Part shown: piece by piece, positions 36,237-44,458 of the stretch
Layout: each line of letters begins with the position of its first letter
Numbering within the stretch: the stretch's first letter is position 1
IMG/VR virus record: IMGVR_UViG_3300020193_000024
Coordinates: 1-57,504 of that record
Strand: one strand, 5' to 3'
DNA: 57,504 bases
Origin: a virus
Taxonomy: Duplodnaviria > Caudoviricetes
The notes under the pieces: model-generated
What the model was told of the DNA's origin: nothing
Database searches by the model: none
The model's input: only the letters and a program-made list of their open reading frames with translations
Program-made: the position numbers and the translations under genes

Positions 36237-36629
36237 TTACTCGGAGGGGTTATCGCCCTTTGTGCGTGATAGTTTAGGCAGGACCGGCCCCTCCATACCA
36301 AATGTCTTGTCGGGGTCATGTTTCTTTTTCTTTTTGTCGCAAAACGGCACGCCAGTTCCCATTGGCCCGCCCGGTCCTTGCCCAAATCCGGGGTCGGCAC
36401 CGGCCTGTCCACCACCAGCAAAAACACTACCTACGCCTTCTTTTTGCATCTTCTTCTGCATCTTTTTACCAGGGACAGCGCCCGCACTTCCGCCCGCATA
36501 CAAGTGGAGATTCAGGTCGTTTTTGGCAAGCGCACCAGGGGCGTCGGTGTGGGGGTCGTGCTTCGGTTTTGGTCCCTTCCCTTTCGAGTAGAACATCTCA
36601 GTTAGTTGCAAAAACTCACGGAACGTCAT
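36237..36629 (-). CDS. Putative internal protein with CTS-like N-terminus
   Basis: MTFREFLQLTE; TAGATA 4 nt before ATG; KKMQKKMQKE. Confidence 0.7.
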   Translation of the reverse strand: MTFREFLQLTEMFYSKGKGPKPKHDPHTDAPGALAKNDLNLHLYAGGSAGAVPGKKMQKKMQKEGVGSVFAGGGQAGADPGFGQGPGGPMGTGVPFCDKKKKKHDPDKTFGMEGPVLPKLSRTKGDNPSE

Positions 36630-36705
36630 ATCCTATCTACCTGCCTTGGCCTGAAAGTTTGTAAGAAACCGGGTGTTGTAAAGTTATCTTTTTTAGAAAG
36701 CGAGC

Positions 36706-36733
36706 TTGACATCTGAAAGTTTCGTTCAATAAT
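36706..36733 (+). promoter_or_regulatory. Sigma70-type promoter
   Basis: TTGACA-N16-AATAAT upstream of 36802. Confidence 0.5.
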
Positions 36734-36801
36734 GATGTTGTACAGCCTGATTTGCCACGTCGGCAAATAGGCAAAACAAGTTAGCCGAAAGAGGTTCTAT
36801 C

Positions 36802-37368
36802 ATGGACTCCAATGGAACGCACGAATTGCCCCACGCTGCCCCTGTCGCCACGCCGGTTGCTGATGCCCCTGCTGTTGCTGAAAACCTTCCTGAAAACTCC
36901 GTTGCCAAGCGGCTTTTCCTGGCTGTACAGGAAGTTGAAGGCGAAATCACGAAGATTGACCAGAGCATCGAACGGGTGACTGCTGAGAAGGACCAGGAAG
37001 TCGCCAAGCTCCAGTCTCAGAAGGAAGAACTTTTCCAGTTGCTTCGTCAGTACGGTGGCACCACCAACGGCCATCATGCCCCGGCTTCCAAGAAGGCCAG
37101 CCCAAAGCCCTCTACTGCGCCGTCCGGCAAGAAGCGGAAGGGACCGGCACCCGGTTCGCCCTCCCGCAAGGCCCCTCCTGGCGAGAAGACCATCCCGGAA
37201 CTCATCATGGAGTACATGGAGAACAACCGGAAGGCCACGACCTCCGAGATTCGGCAATATCTGGACGACCTGGGCCGCAGTACGAACCCCGGCGTCGAAC
37301 TTGGCCGCTTGGTCAAGAAGAACAAAATCAAGCTGGTCGAGCGGGGCAATTATCAGCTTGCCAAGTGA
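36802..37368 (+). CDS. Coiled coil, K/P-rich linker and winged-helix DNA-binding protein
   Basis: Heptad N-region; ASKKASPKP linker; TIPELIMEYM...TTSEIRQYL...VELGRLVKK..I..VERG.Y. Confidence 0.75.
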   Translation: MDSNGTHELPHAAPVATPVADAPAVAENLPENSVAKRLFLAVQEVEGEITKIDQSIERVTAEKDQEVAKLQSQKEELFQLLRQYGGTTNGHHAPASKKASPKPSTAPSGKKRKGPAPGSPSRKAPPGEKTIPELIMEYMENNRKATTSEIRQYLDDLGRSTNPGVELGRLVKKNKIKLVERGNYQLAK

Positions 37369-37379
37369 TGTTTTTGCAA

Positions 37380-37427
37380 AAACAGGAATAGCCTAGTGTT
37401 TATTTGACCACTAGGCTATTCCTGTTT
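37380..37427 (+). terminator. 19-bp inverted repeat / terminator
   Basis: AAACAGGAATAGCCTAGTG...CACTAGGCTATTCCTGTTT. Confidence 0.8.
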
Positions 37428-37458
37428 ATTTTGTAACTTTCTATGATATATTACCTGT

Positions 37459-37806
37459 ATGAAGCAGGTAATCAAGGGCATAGACATAAGGAAGTTAAAG
37501 CCCGGCACTAAACTTGAGATTTACACTAGACATAGCACTTACTACTTAGAATTTTTGGACTATGGCGGTAAATGTATAGTGTCCGGTGGTGTGCATGTGC
37601 CAGAACCCCTCACGGCTCAATATGTAGGTGCAGCTTACCGCAGAGGCGGTCCTATCAGGCCAGGTTGGATTAGTCCTTTCGTAGGCATGGAATTCGCCCT
37701 GAGTCAAAAAAGAATCCTCAACACTAGCTCCGTCATCAAGGCAAAAATCATAGGCGATGGATGGGACTATGTTATGGATTGGGAAGAAGAAGCTTGTGAT
37801 GCATAA
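37459..37806 (+). CDS. Hypothetical protein
   Basis: 115-aa beta-rich ORF. Confidence 0.65.
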   Translation: MKQVIKGIDIRKLKPGTKLEIYTRHSTYYLEFLDYGGKCIVSGGVHVPEPLTAQYVGAAYRRGGPIRPGWISPFVGMEFALSQKRILNTSSVIKAKIIGDGWDYVMDWEEEACDA

Positions 37807-38353
37807 ATGGCGGCAAACGATGTGCTATAGTCTTGAGGAACCTTATAGACCCCTCTGGCGTTAGTCTGACTCGGTACTTCCCTTTCTGAATCCACACTTC
37901 TGATTCAATGCCGCATGTCCGCAAGTAACTCACAACCACTTCACTACTCTTCTTGCCGAAATTGTGAGTGTTTAGAATCACCCTGTCCTTATCTAGCCTC
38001 CCGTTGTCCCCGTACCATATAGCTAGTCCTATGTCTCTGAGAGGCTCTAGTGAGGAGGCGGTGATAATTTTGTTGCCGTCCTTGTAAAACATTTTCCTGT
38101 AGCAGTTAAACATCGGCCAGCAGCTAGAATGCCAACGGCTGGTGTTAGTCTCCTTTGTGAAAGGACTTTGCGAAGCGAAGTCTTTCAACTCTTTCGCTTT
38201 GTAAGCTAACCATGTCTTATTGCAAGACCGCATAAACAGATAACAGTTCTTGCCTTTGGGCGGCATCACTATAGACGACCCGCCCAGGATGGTCCCCATG
38301 ATTATCTGTATCTGCCAAGGCGAAGGCGTCTTGGGGTTTGTGTGATACGTCAT
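37772..38353 (-). CDS. LAGLIDADG-type endonuclease homolog with degenerate catalytic motifs
   Basis: IIMGTILGGSSI and GLAIWYGDNG, LNTHNF; TAGATA 4 nt before ATG. Confidence 0.75.
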   Translation of the reverse strand: MTYHTNPKTPSPWQIQIIMGTILGGSSIVMPPKGKNCYLFMRSCNKTWLAYKAKELKDFASQSPFTKETNTSRWHSSCWPMFNCYRKMFYKDGNKIITASSLEPLRDIGLAIWYGDNGRLDKDRVILNTHNFGKKSSEVVVSYLRTCGIESEVWIQKGKYRVRLTPEGSIRFLKTIAHRLPPFMHHKLLLPNP

Positions 38354-38452
38354 GTCCTATCTAGTGAGTTGGTGAAATTTTTACCAATAATTTGCTAAAA
38401 ATAGATTGGCAAGAATATGTAAGTGTAGCATCACCTTATAGGAGGTACAATT

Positions 38453-38779
38453 ATGGGAGCTACTAGCGTTACCGGCGTATCCGGTCATGGCAGTGTTGAC
38501 GGAATCCAGAAGGGTTCGGAACACATGAGTCTTGGCGTCGAGAAACTTATCGGCCCAAGAGTTGTTGCGGCTGGCTCTGCCACCATCGGCGGCGGCGGCA
38601 CCGTAACTGTTAATTTTCCAACGTTAGGCGGCGTTGCTTCGGACTACATTGCTATCGCTAACGATACCAATAGCACCGTTGCCGCAGTTAACGTAACAGC
38701 TTTGACCACATCATCCCTCGCCCTCAAGGGCACTGCGGCTCACGTCGTAAACTGGATGATTATTAAAGCTGGTTTCTAA
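38453..38779 (+). CDS. Small G/T/A/V-rich putative structural (decoration/fibre) protein
   Basis: SD AGGAGG; AGSATI...VTVNFPTL...VNWMII beta pattern. Confidence 0.6.
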   Translation: MGATSVTGVSGHGSVDGIQKGSEHMSLGVEKLIGPRVVAAGSATIGGGGTVTVNFPTLGGVASDYIAIANDTNSTVAAVNVTALTTSSLALKGTAAHVVNWMIIKAGF

Positions 38780-38834
38780 GTGATATTTGATTTCGCAAGG
38801 GGTCAAAGACTCTGTTTTATAGCCTTTCTAATTA

Positions 38835-38879
38835 ACGGAAAAAGCTGTAGCCTCGTTGGTTACAGCTTTTTCCGTTTTT
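38835..38879. terminator. Intrinsic terminator
   Basis: AACGGAAAAAGCTGTA...TACAGCTTTTTCCGTT-TTT. Confidence 0.85.
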
Positions 38880-38889
38880 CCGTTTTTAC

Positions 38890-39009
38890 TTATCTGTCCA
38901 AAGCCACCAATCGCTCATACTCTTCTTCGGTCATGTCACGGTTAAGTCTGTAGAGGTTATCGACGGCGTTCTCTGGTAAAGTTTCACCATTGCCATGACG
39001 CTGGAATGA
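38890..39009 (-). pseudogene. Start-less C-terminal relic of a paralog of the 46763 gene
   Basis: SFQRHGNGETLPENAVDNLYRLNRDMTEEEYERL aligns with SFAANGDGETLPENRRENAKRSARDAEPAEVKRI. Confidence 0.65.
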
Positions 39010-39013
39010 CTAA

Positions 39014-39475
39014 TTAGCCAATAATCAATGATGTGCCTGAGATTGTTACTTTGCAAAGTGATTGTTCTGACAAAGCAAAATGTTTTTCGTGAAACCTTCG
39101 GTGGCATACCGCACATAGGACAACACACTTGTTAATTTCTGAGCAAAGGTTCTTCATACTTAGTGTAGTCATTTTAGACACAGAATTGTTTTTCTCAGAA
39201 GAGTCTAAGTGATGGAGGTCCAAGTCGCATCCTACAAAGTCACCCTCCCAGCAACAGTTAGGACTACAGCACCCATAAGCAAGCTTTACCTTTCTGATTT
39301 CTTCAAGGTTTCTTTTACGCTTGCGTTCCAGTGCTGCGGCGTGCTTGGCGTAATTTTCTCTGACGCTCAAGTAGCATTGCTGCTTCTTTCGTAAGCGTTC
39401 TTTGTTTTTTTGATAGTAAGCTTTACTATAAGCTCTTGATTTACTTAATCTTTCGTCTTTATCTTTGTATGGCAT
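39014..39475 (-). CDS. HNH homing endonuclease
   Basis: LDLHHLD...K...VSKM.....EINKCVVLCAVCHRRFH. Confidence 0.85.
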   Translation of the reverse strand: MPYKDKDERLSKSRAYSKAYYQKNKERLRKKQQCYLSVRENYAKHAAALERKRKRNLEEIRKVKLAYGCCSPNCCWEGDFVGCDLDLHHLDSSEKNNSVSKMTTLSMKNLCSEINKCVVLCAVCHRRFHEKHFALSEQSLCKVTISGTSLIIG

Positions 39476-40845
39476 TATTCTATAGCATCTGCATCACGCA
39501 AGGCTGTTATCAGTTTCATCAGGTGTTTGCACATACCCTCCATTTCTAGTGGATTTGCAGGAGGCCCAATCCCGAGGGAGTTGTATTTGGCTGGTTTACG
39601 CCCATGAAGGCTGTGGTCTAGGTGATTGTAGTATGCAAACCTCCATCTAAAATCAGGGCACGAACATCTTACCAACACATCGTTTTCAACCACACTAGGT
39701 TTTTTGTACTCATACATTAGTCCATCACTAGCGATGATTCTTGTGTCGGCGTTAGTGTTATATAGTATGTTCTTGAATAAAATTTGTGGATTATATTCTT
39801 TTCCCGAGATGGAATTTTGTGCTAGTCCCTTAATGAATAAAGTCTTGACGCCTACAAAAGGTGTCCATTCCATTTGTACTATTTTGATTGGGTCAATCGA
39901 GTGCTGCCTTTTGGTAGTGCGGGGGAAGGCATCGACGGCACTTTGATGGAGGTCGTAGAGGGTGGATTCTTGTTGCTTTTGTTGCGTTTGCGGTTCGGCA
40001 GGATTCTGATTGGGTTCTGGCGGTGGCTTCATACCAAAGAATTTGCGGAATCTTGGCGATGCTTTTACATCGTCTATCTTGCCATGCGATGGGTCTATTA
40101 GTGCTAGCACAAATCCGATAATCCATCGCAATAGCTTATTCTTGGCGTTGCCATGTGCAATAGCCAAGAAAATAACCAAACCCCAGGCAATATAAGCACC
40201 CAACAAGAGTTCGCCACCAAGTACCCATTGATGCATAAGGGCTGCAATTTTAGCTAGAATACCACTGAGGAAAGCAGATGTAGCTAAGAAGTGCAGAAAA
40301 GCCAGTAATGCACCTACCAATGCTATGATGGCTTCTGCTTTAGCCCATATTGAGGCCGCTGATTTGATTTCCTTGAACTTCTCCCAAATGGTGGCAAAAT
40401 AAGTTGGTAATGCTCGAATGATTTTGCCGATATGAATGGCCTCGCCAAAATGGACAATGAGTTCGACCGCCAATGGCAGAGAACTCCTCTGCCAGACAGC
40501 GATGGCCTCTCCTGCATCTTTGTTACTCAAGACTACTTTGCCTTCGGCTTCTAGTTTCTTGGGGTCTATCGCTGCTAGTTTCCTCATGAGGTCCATAACA
40601 CTAGCTTTATTTTGCATAACCTCTAACAGTTCAGGGTGGTCATTTATTTCCCTGTGAGCAGTGACGACTTCTCTGCCTATTTCTGGAACACTAGCAGCTA
40701 TTTGATTGATTTTGTCGGCAACTGCGTCCAAGGCACCAATGCCAGCCCATACGCCTCGCCCAACAGCACTGCCCCCAGACCTCATCCAGTCGGTGAAGCC
40801 CTCGTCCATTTCAAGCCACTCAGCAAATTCTAGTGTTTCTGCCAT
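39475..40845 (-). CDS. CTS-like N-terminus, multi-pass membrane region and C-terminal SWIM-like Zn finger
   Basis: LEFAEWLEMDE|G; 2-3 hydrophobic helices; VRCSCPDF...GMCKHL; TACATA 5 nt before ATG. Confidence 0.7.
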   Translation of the reverse strand: MAETLEFAEWLEMDEGFTDWMRSGGSAVGRGVWAGIGALDAVADKINQIAASVPEIGREVVTAHREINDHPELLEVMQNKASVMDLMRKLAAIDPKKLEAEGKVVLSNKDAGEAIAVWQRSSLPLAVELIVHFGEAIHIGKIIRALPTYFATIWEKFKEIKSAASIWAKAEAIIALVGALLAFLHFLATSAFLSGILAKIAALMHQWVLGGELLLGAYIAWGLVIFLAIAHGNAKNKLLRWIIGFVLALIDPSHGKIDDVKASPRFRKFFGMKPPPEPNQNPAEPQTQQKQQESTLYDLHQSAVDAFPRTTKRQHSIDPIKIVQMEWTPFVGVKTLFIKGLAQNSISGKEYNPQILFKNILYNTNADTRIIASDGLMYEYKKPSVVENDVLVRCSCPDFRWRFAYYNHLDHSLHGRKPAKYNSLGIGPPANPLEMEGMCKHLMKLITALRDADAIE

Positions 40846-40875
40846 TAAAATATGTATGCGAAACTATCATAAAGC

Positions 40876-41148
40876 ATGAAAGAACAGCAACCCAAAAAAA
40901 AATTTGAAGTTAAGTTCCGTATCTTGCCTGATGGAACTATGGAAAAAGACGTTTTCATAGACGGAGAACGTCTTGACTATTCCATTAGTATCAACGATTA
41001 TTTGGAGGCATCCAAAATGGGGCCTCAGTTCAAACACGCAGTCCAAGACGATATTGTGAAGCATTTTACTAACTCTGTGTCGGAATTTCTAGGACGGCAC
41101 GTTACTATAGAAGAGATTCAAGAAGCTATCAAAACCGGCTGGATTTAA
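40876..41148 (+). CDS. Hypothetical protein
   Basis: 90-aa ORF coupled to the next gene. Confidence 0.65.
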   Translation: MKEQQPKKKFEVKFRILPDGTMEKDVFIDGERLDYSISINDYLEASKMGPQFKHAVQDDIVKHFTNSVSEFLGRHVTIEEIQEAIKTGWI

Positions 41149-41149
41149 C

Positions 41150-42862
41150 ATGGCACGACCTAGAACACATAATCTTGAAAATCGAGAGTTCGGCAACTGG
41201 ACAGTGATTCGCTTAGACGACAGTAGGGCCGACAGGTGGATTTGTCGCTGCAATTGTGGGGTTACTAAGTCTATAAATACTGCAAAGTTGCTAAATAGGT
41301 CAACTCTTAGTTGTGCTGAATGTTACAAAAAAAGACGACACAAGTCTGGTAACATTCCGAGCAAGTTATGGCATGCTATTGTTTATGGTGCAAAATCAAG
41401 AAATTTAGACCTAACCGTTAGCCCTGATTATATATGGGGTTTATTCCTGTCCCAGCAAAGCAGGTGCGCTATTTCTGGTCAGAAGCTAGCAATGGGGGAC
41501 ACTGCATCTTTAGACAGAATTGATTCCGCCCGAGGATACGCTCCAGGAAATGTACAATGGGTACACAAGTCCATCAATATGTCAAAAAGAAACTTGGCCG
41601 ATGAATCTTTTATCGACTTGTGTCATGTTGTTTCTGGTCATTGTCGTCAAGAATTAGAAAAAACTAACAGTGTTATCCCTTCGCTTGAGAAGTTTATTTT
41701 AGTGGATGGCTTTCGCATTGTTCCAGACCTGAGAAAGAGCTACAGTTCTTGGATAGTAGATAAACAAAACGGCAAAAAATACCTGGACTGTTTTGGTAAT
41801 TTTGGCAGCCAAGCACTTGGCTGGAATTATCCTTCCTTAGTTGCACGCAATGATGAATTAGCATCGGTTATAACTACAAAAATAGCTCATAGTGACATTT
41901 ACACTGAGTATTACGACAAGTTCGTGAGAATTTTTGCTAGCACCATGCCACAGTTTGAAAAGTTCTTCTTTATAGCTGGAGGAGCTTTGGCTGTGGAAAA
42001 TAGCCTTAAAGCAGCGTTTGACTGGAAGGTTCAGAAGTTAGGCATTCAAAATAACGAAGAAAGAATCAATAAGCTTGACGTTATCCACTTTGAAAATGCT
42101 TTTCACGGAAGAAGCGGATATACTCTTTCTCTAACCAATAGTTCTCCCGTTAAGACAAAATGGTATCCAAAATTTCCCTGGACAAGAGTGCCAATAAGTG
42201 ATTTAGGGCTAGAACAGGTTGAAAAGGCACTAAAAGAGAACAATGCCGCAGCAGTTATCATCGAACCTATTTTGGGCGAAGGGGGTGATATACACAATAC
42301 CAAAGAGTTCCTTGAAACTCTGCGGCGTTTAACTTTAGAATATGAATGCCTGCTTATTTTCGACGAAGTGCAAACATGTTTTTCTACAGGGAAAGCTTGG
42401 TGTTATCAACACCATTCATGCGTTCCTGATTTGATTTCTTTTGCCAAGAAAGTTCAAGTTGGTGGATTTGCCGCAACGGACAGAGTTAATTTGGAAAGTA
42501 ACGTCCTTAACACTCCAGGCCGAATCAACTCGACTTTTGGTGCTGACATTGTGGACTTGGTAAGGGCAACCATTATATTGGAAGTCATTGCTAAAGAAAA
42601 GTTACTCGATAATGCAGCCAAAGTTGGTGAGTATTTTGTCGAAAAACTTAAAGAGTTGGGCTTACTTAATGCTAGAGGTAAAGGCTCGATGATTGCGTTT
42701 GACCTTTCTACTACAGAAGAAAGGGACCACATGCATAACAAGCTGTGTGAAAAGATGCTGTGTCTAAAGTGTGGGGCGAAATCTATTCGATTCCGCCCAC
42801 ACCTGTCATTCTCGGAGGAGGATGCCGATTCTGCTATTGAGATTCTTAAAGCTTGCGCTTAG
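41150..42862 (+). CDS. lat: L-lysine 6-aminotransferase (class III PLP) fused to an N-terminal HNH-like endonuclease
   Basis: ILVDG, KYLD, GALAVEN.LKAAFDWK, AFHGRSGY.LSLT, IEPI.GEGG, FDEVQT, FAKK.QV, RINSTFG; N-terminal SLDRIDS..GY..GNVQWVH..IN. Confidence 0.85.
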   Translation: MARPRTHNLENREFGNWTVIRLDDSRADRWICRCNCGVTKSINTAKLLNRSTLSCAECYKKRRHKSGNIPSKLWHAIVYGAKSRNLDLTVSPDYIWGLFLSQQSRCAISGQKLAMGDTASLDRIDSARGYAPGNVQWVHKSINMSKRNLADESFIDLCHVVSGHCRQELEKTNSVIPSLEKFILVDGFRIVPDLRKSYSSWIVDKQNGKKYLDCFGNFGSQALGWNYPSLVARNDELASVITTKIAHSDIYTEYYDKFVRIFASTMPQFEKFFFIAGGALAVENSLKAAFDWKVQKLGIQNNEERINKLDVIHFENAFHGRSGYTLSLTNSSPVKTKWYPKFPWTRVPISDLGLEQVEKALKENNAAAVIIEPILGEGGDIHNTKEFLETLRRLTLEYECLLIFDEVQTCFSTGKAWCYQHHSCVPDLISFAKKVQVGGFAATDRVNLESNVLNTPGRINSTFGADIVDLVRATIILEVIAKEKLLDNAAKVGEYFVEKLKELGLLNARGKGSMIAFDLSTTEERDHMHNKLCEKMLCLKCGAKSIRFRPHLSFSEEDADSAIEILKACA

Positions 42863-43557
42863 GGTGCTATTCTGTATGGCTTACTTTTGTCCGCATCGTC
42901 GGCTGCATTCTGCTTAGCATGTTGTTGTGCGAAGTGGTCGCTTACTTTCTTCCAAATAGCCGGGAAGTCCTTGTTGCCTTTTAGGTACGGATAGTTCTTG
43001 AAGATGTCCGCCAGTGGTGGCATCTGCATAGGATTCTGTGGGGCTGCTGGCTTAGCTGGTGCTGGAGTGGCAGTTGCTAATGGGTCTGTGCTAGCTGCTT
43101 GAGTGCCTGGCTGCGTTCCAGGGGCTATTCTAGGCTTCTGAGCATTGTCGGGTGGTGGAGTTAGGTTAACGCCGCCACCGTCTTGTTGTACGGTTGGCAC
43201 TGCTGCGCCAGCGTTGGCAAACTTGTCGGCGTACTGAGAGCCTGCCCATTTGTTTTTCAGCTTTTCAGCTTTTGCTGCATCTTGGGTCGAACTTCCATCG
43301 TTCCAGCCAGACCAGTCGCCTGCGGTCTTGAATGCATTCTTTATGCCGCCCCAAGCATTACCTACAGCACCTTTTGCTTTATTCCAAACGCCGCCTAAAC
43401 CGCCAGTTAGTCCTTCGTTAATCTGCCGGTCGGTGGAACAAATAATCCACTCCTCGAATTCGGCTACGTCGATGTTATTCTTGACGACGAATTCGGCCAA
43501 TTTTTGAATGTTCTTGTCACGAACCTGATTAACTAGGAAACTTTCAAAACTCTTCAT
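42859..43557 (-). CDS. Putative internal protein with CTS-like N-terminus
   Basis: MKSFESFL...QINE|G; TAAATATATA and SD upstream. Confidence 0.65.
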   Translation of the reverse strand: MKSFESFLVNQVRDKNIQKLAEFVVKNNIDVAEFEEWIICSTDRQINEGLTGGLGGVWNKAKGAVGNAWGGIKNAFKTAGDWSGWNDGSSTQDAAKAEKLKNKWAGSQYADKFANAGAAVPTVQQDGGGVNLTPPPDNAQKPRIAPGTQPGTQAASTDPLATATPAPAKPAAPQNPMQMPPLADIFKNYPYLKGNKDFPAIWKKVSDHFAQQHAKQNAADDADKSKPYRIAP

Positions 43558-43581
43558 CTATCCTCCTGGTTTGTTATATAT

Positions 43582-44379
43582 TTAGTCATCGTCGATTATT
43601 TCAATATCTCTCATATACTTGATTTGATAAATTGGCAGTCTAGGAATCTCGTCGTTATTCCAAGCGAAAGAAAGAGCATTATTATTTTGGGTGTTCCAAG
43701 TAGCCAGCCTGTGCATGGGAACGGCGTAGGACATGAGGGGTATTAACTGCTTAGTACCTCCAGGCCCCTCTCTGGCACGAATCATAATCATGATGCCCAC
43801 CACCTTGTAATTGTTGAACAAGGCAGAACCAGAGTCGCCTGGAAGCGTATGAATGGTTGTACGAATCAATTCGGAATGACGACCCAACCTGGTCTTTACA
43901 GAACTCACTTTACCTACATCCAGACGAGGTTCGTCCCCGAGGCCGCATCCTATGCGTAGCACATCATTACCAATGTAAAGTTTTGAATCGAAATCAATTT
44001 CTGCTGTTGGCATTTTCTTGGAACTAACGAATACTCCTACCGCTAGGTCTTGTTCCAGATTGACGTCGTAGAAAGAACAAGGCAGAATCAAGTGGCCTCT
44101 TATGGTAGAATCATTGTATTCGTAAACATGAACGTTAAAATCGCCAGGATGGTTTGCAACATGACCAGCAGTAATAAAAACGTTCTGCCATTCAGAACCA
44201 ACCTTCGTGCTGCGAACGATTACGCCCGTGCCTCCAGTTTCCCTTCCCTCAAGCGCAACCATTACGGTTGGATACAAACACTTATTGTGCAGTTTCAAAT
44301 CAGGGGTGTCGGCAAAACAACGGGTGGGAACAGTTAATAACAAAAGAAAGAGAAGGATAGTGTGTTTACAGATGCTCAT
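43582..44379 (-). CDS. Exported trypsin-like serine protease
   Basis: Signal peptide; ITAGHV, QDLAV, PGDSGS; TAAATA 5 nt before ATG. Confidence 0.88.
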   Translation of the reverse strand: MSICKHTILLFLLLLTVPTRCFADTPDLKLHNKCLYPTVMVALEGRETGGTGVIVRSTKVGSEWQNVFITAGHVANHPGDFNVHVYEYNDSTIRGHLILPCSFYDVNLEQDLAVGVFVSSKKMPTAEIDFDSKLYIGNDVLRIGCGLGDEPRLDVGKVSSVKTRLGRHSELIRTTIHTLPGDSGSALFNNYKVVGIMIMIRAREGPGGTKQLIPLMSYAVPMHRLATWNTQNNNALSFAWNNDEIPRLPIYQIKYMRDIEIIDDD

Positions 44380-44458
44380 GTTATTATTTAGAAACTGTGA
44401 AGACTATTTGTACCTCTTTCCCTAAGAATTACTCTTTCAATAGCTGAGGATACTATCT

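Noticed and set aside
41150-41660. Intein in the aminotransferase
   Set aside because: The nuclease is at the extreme N-terminus, with no Cys/Ser start block or His-Asn end
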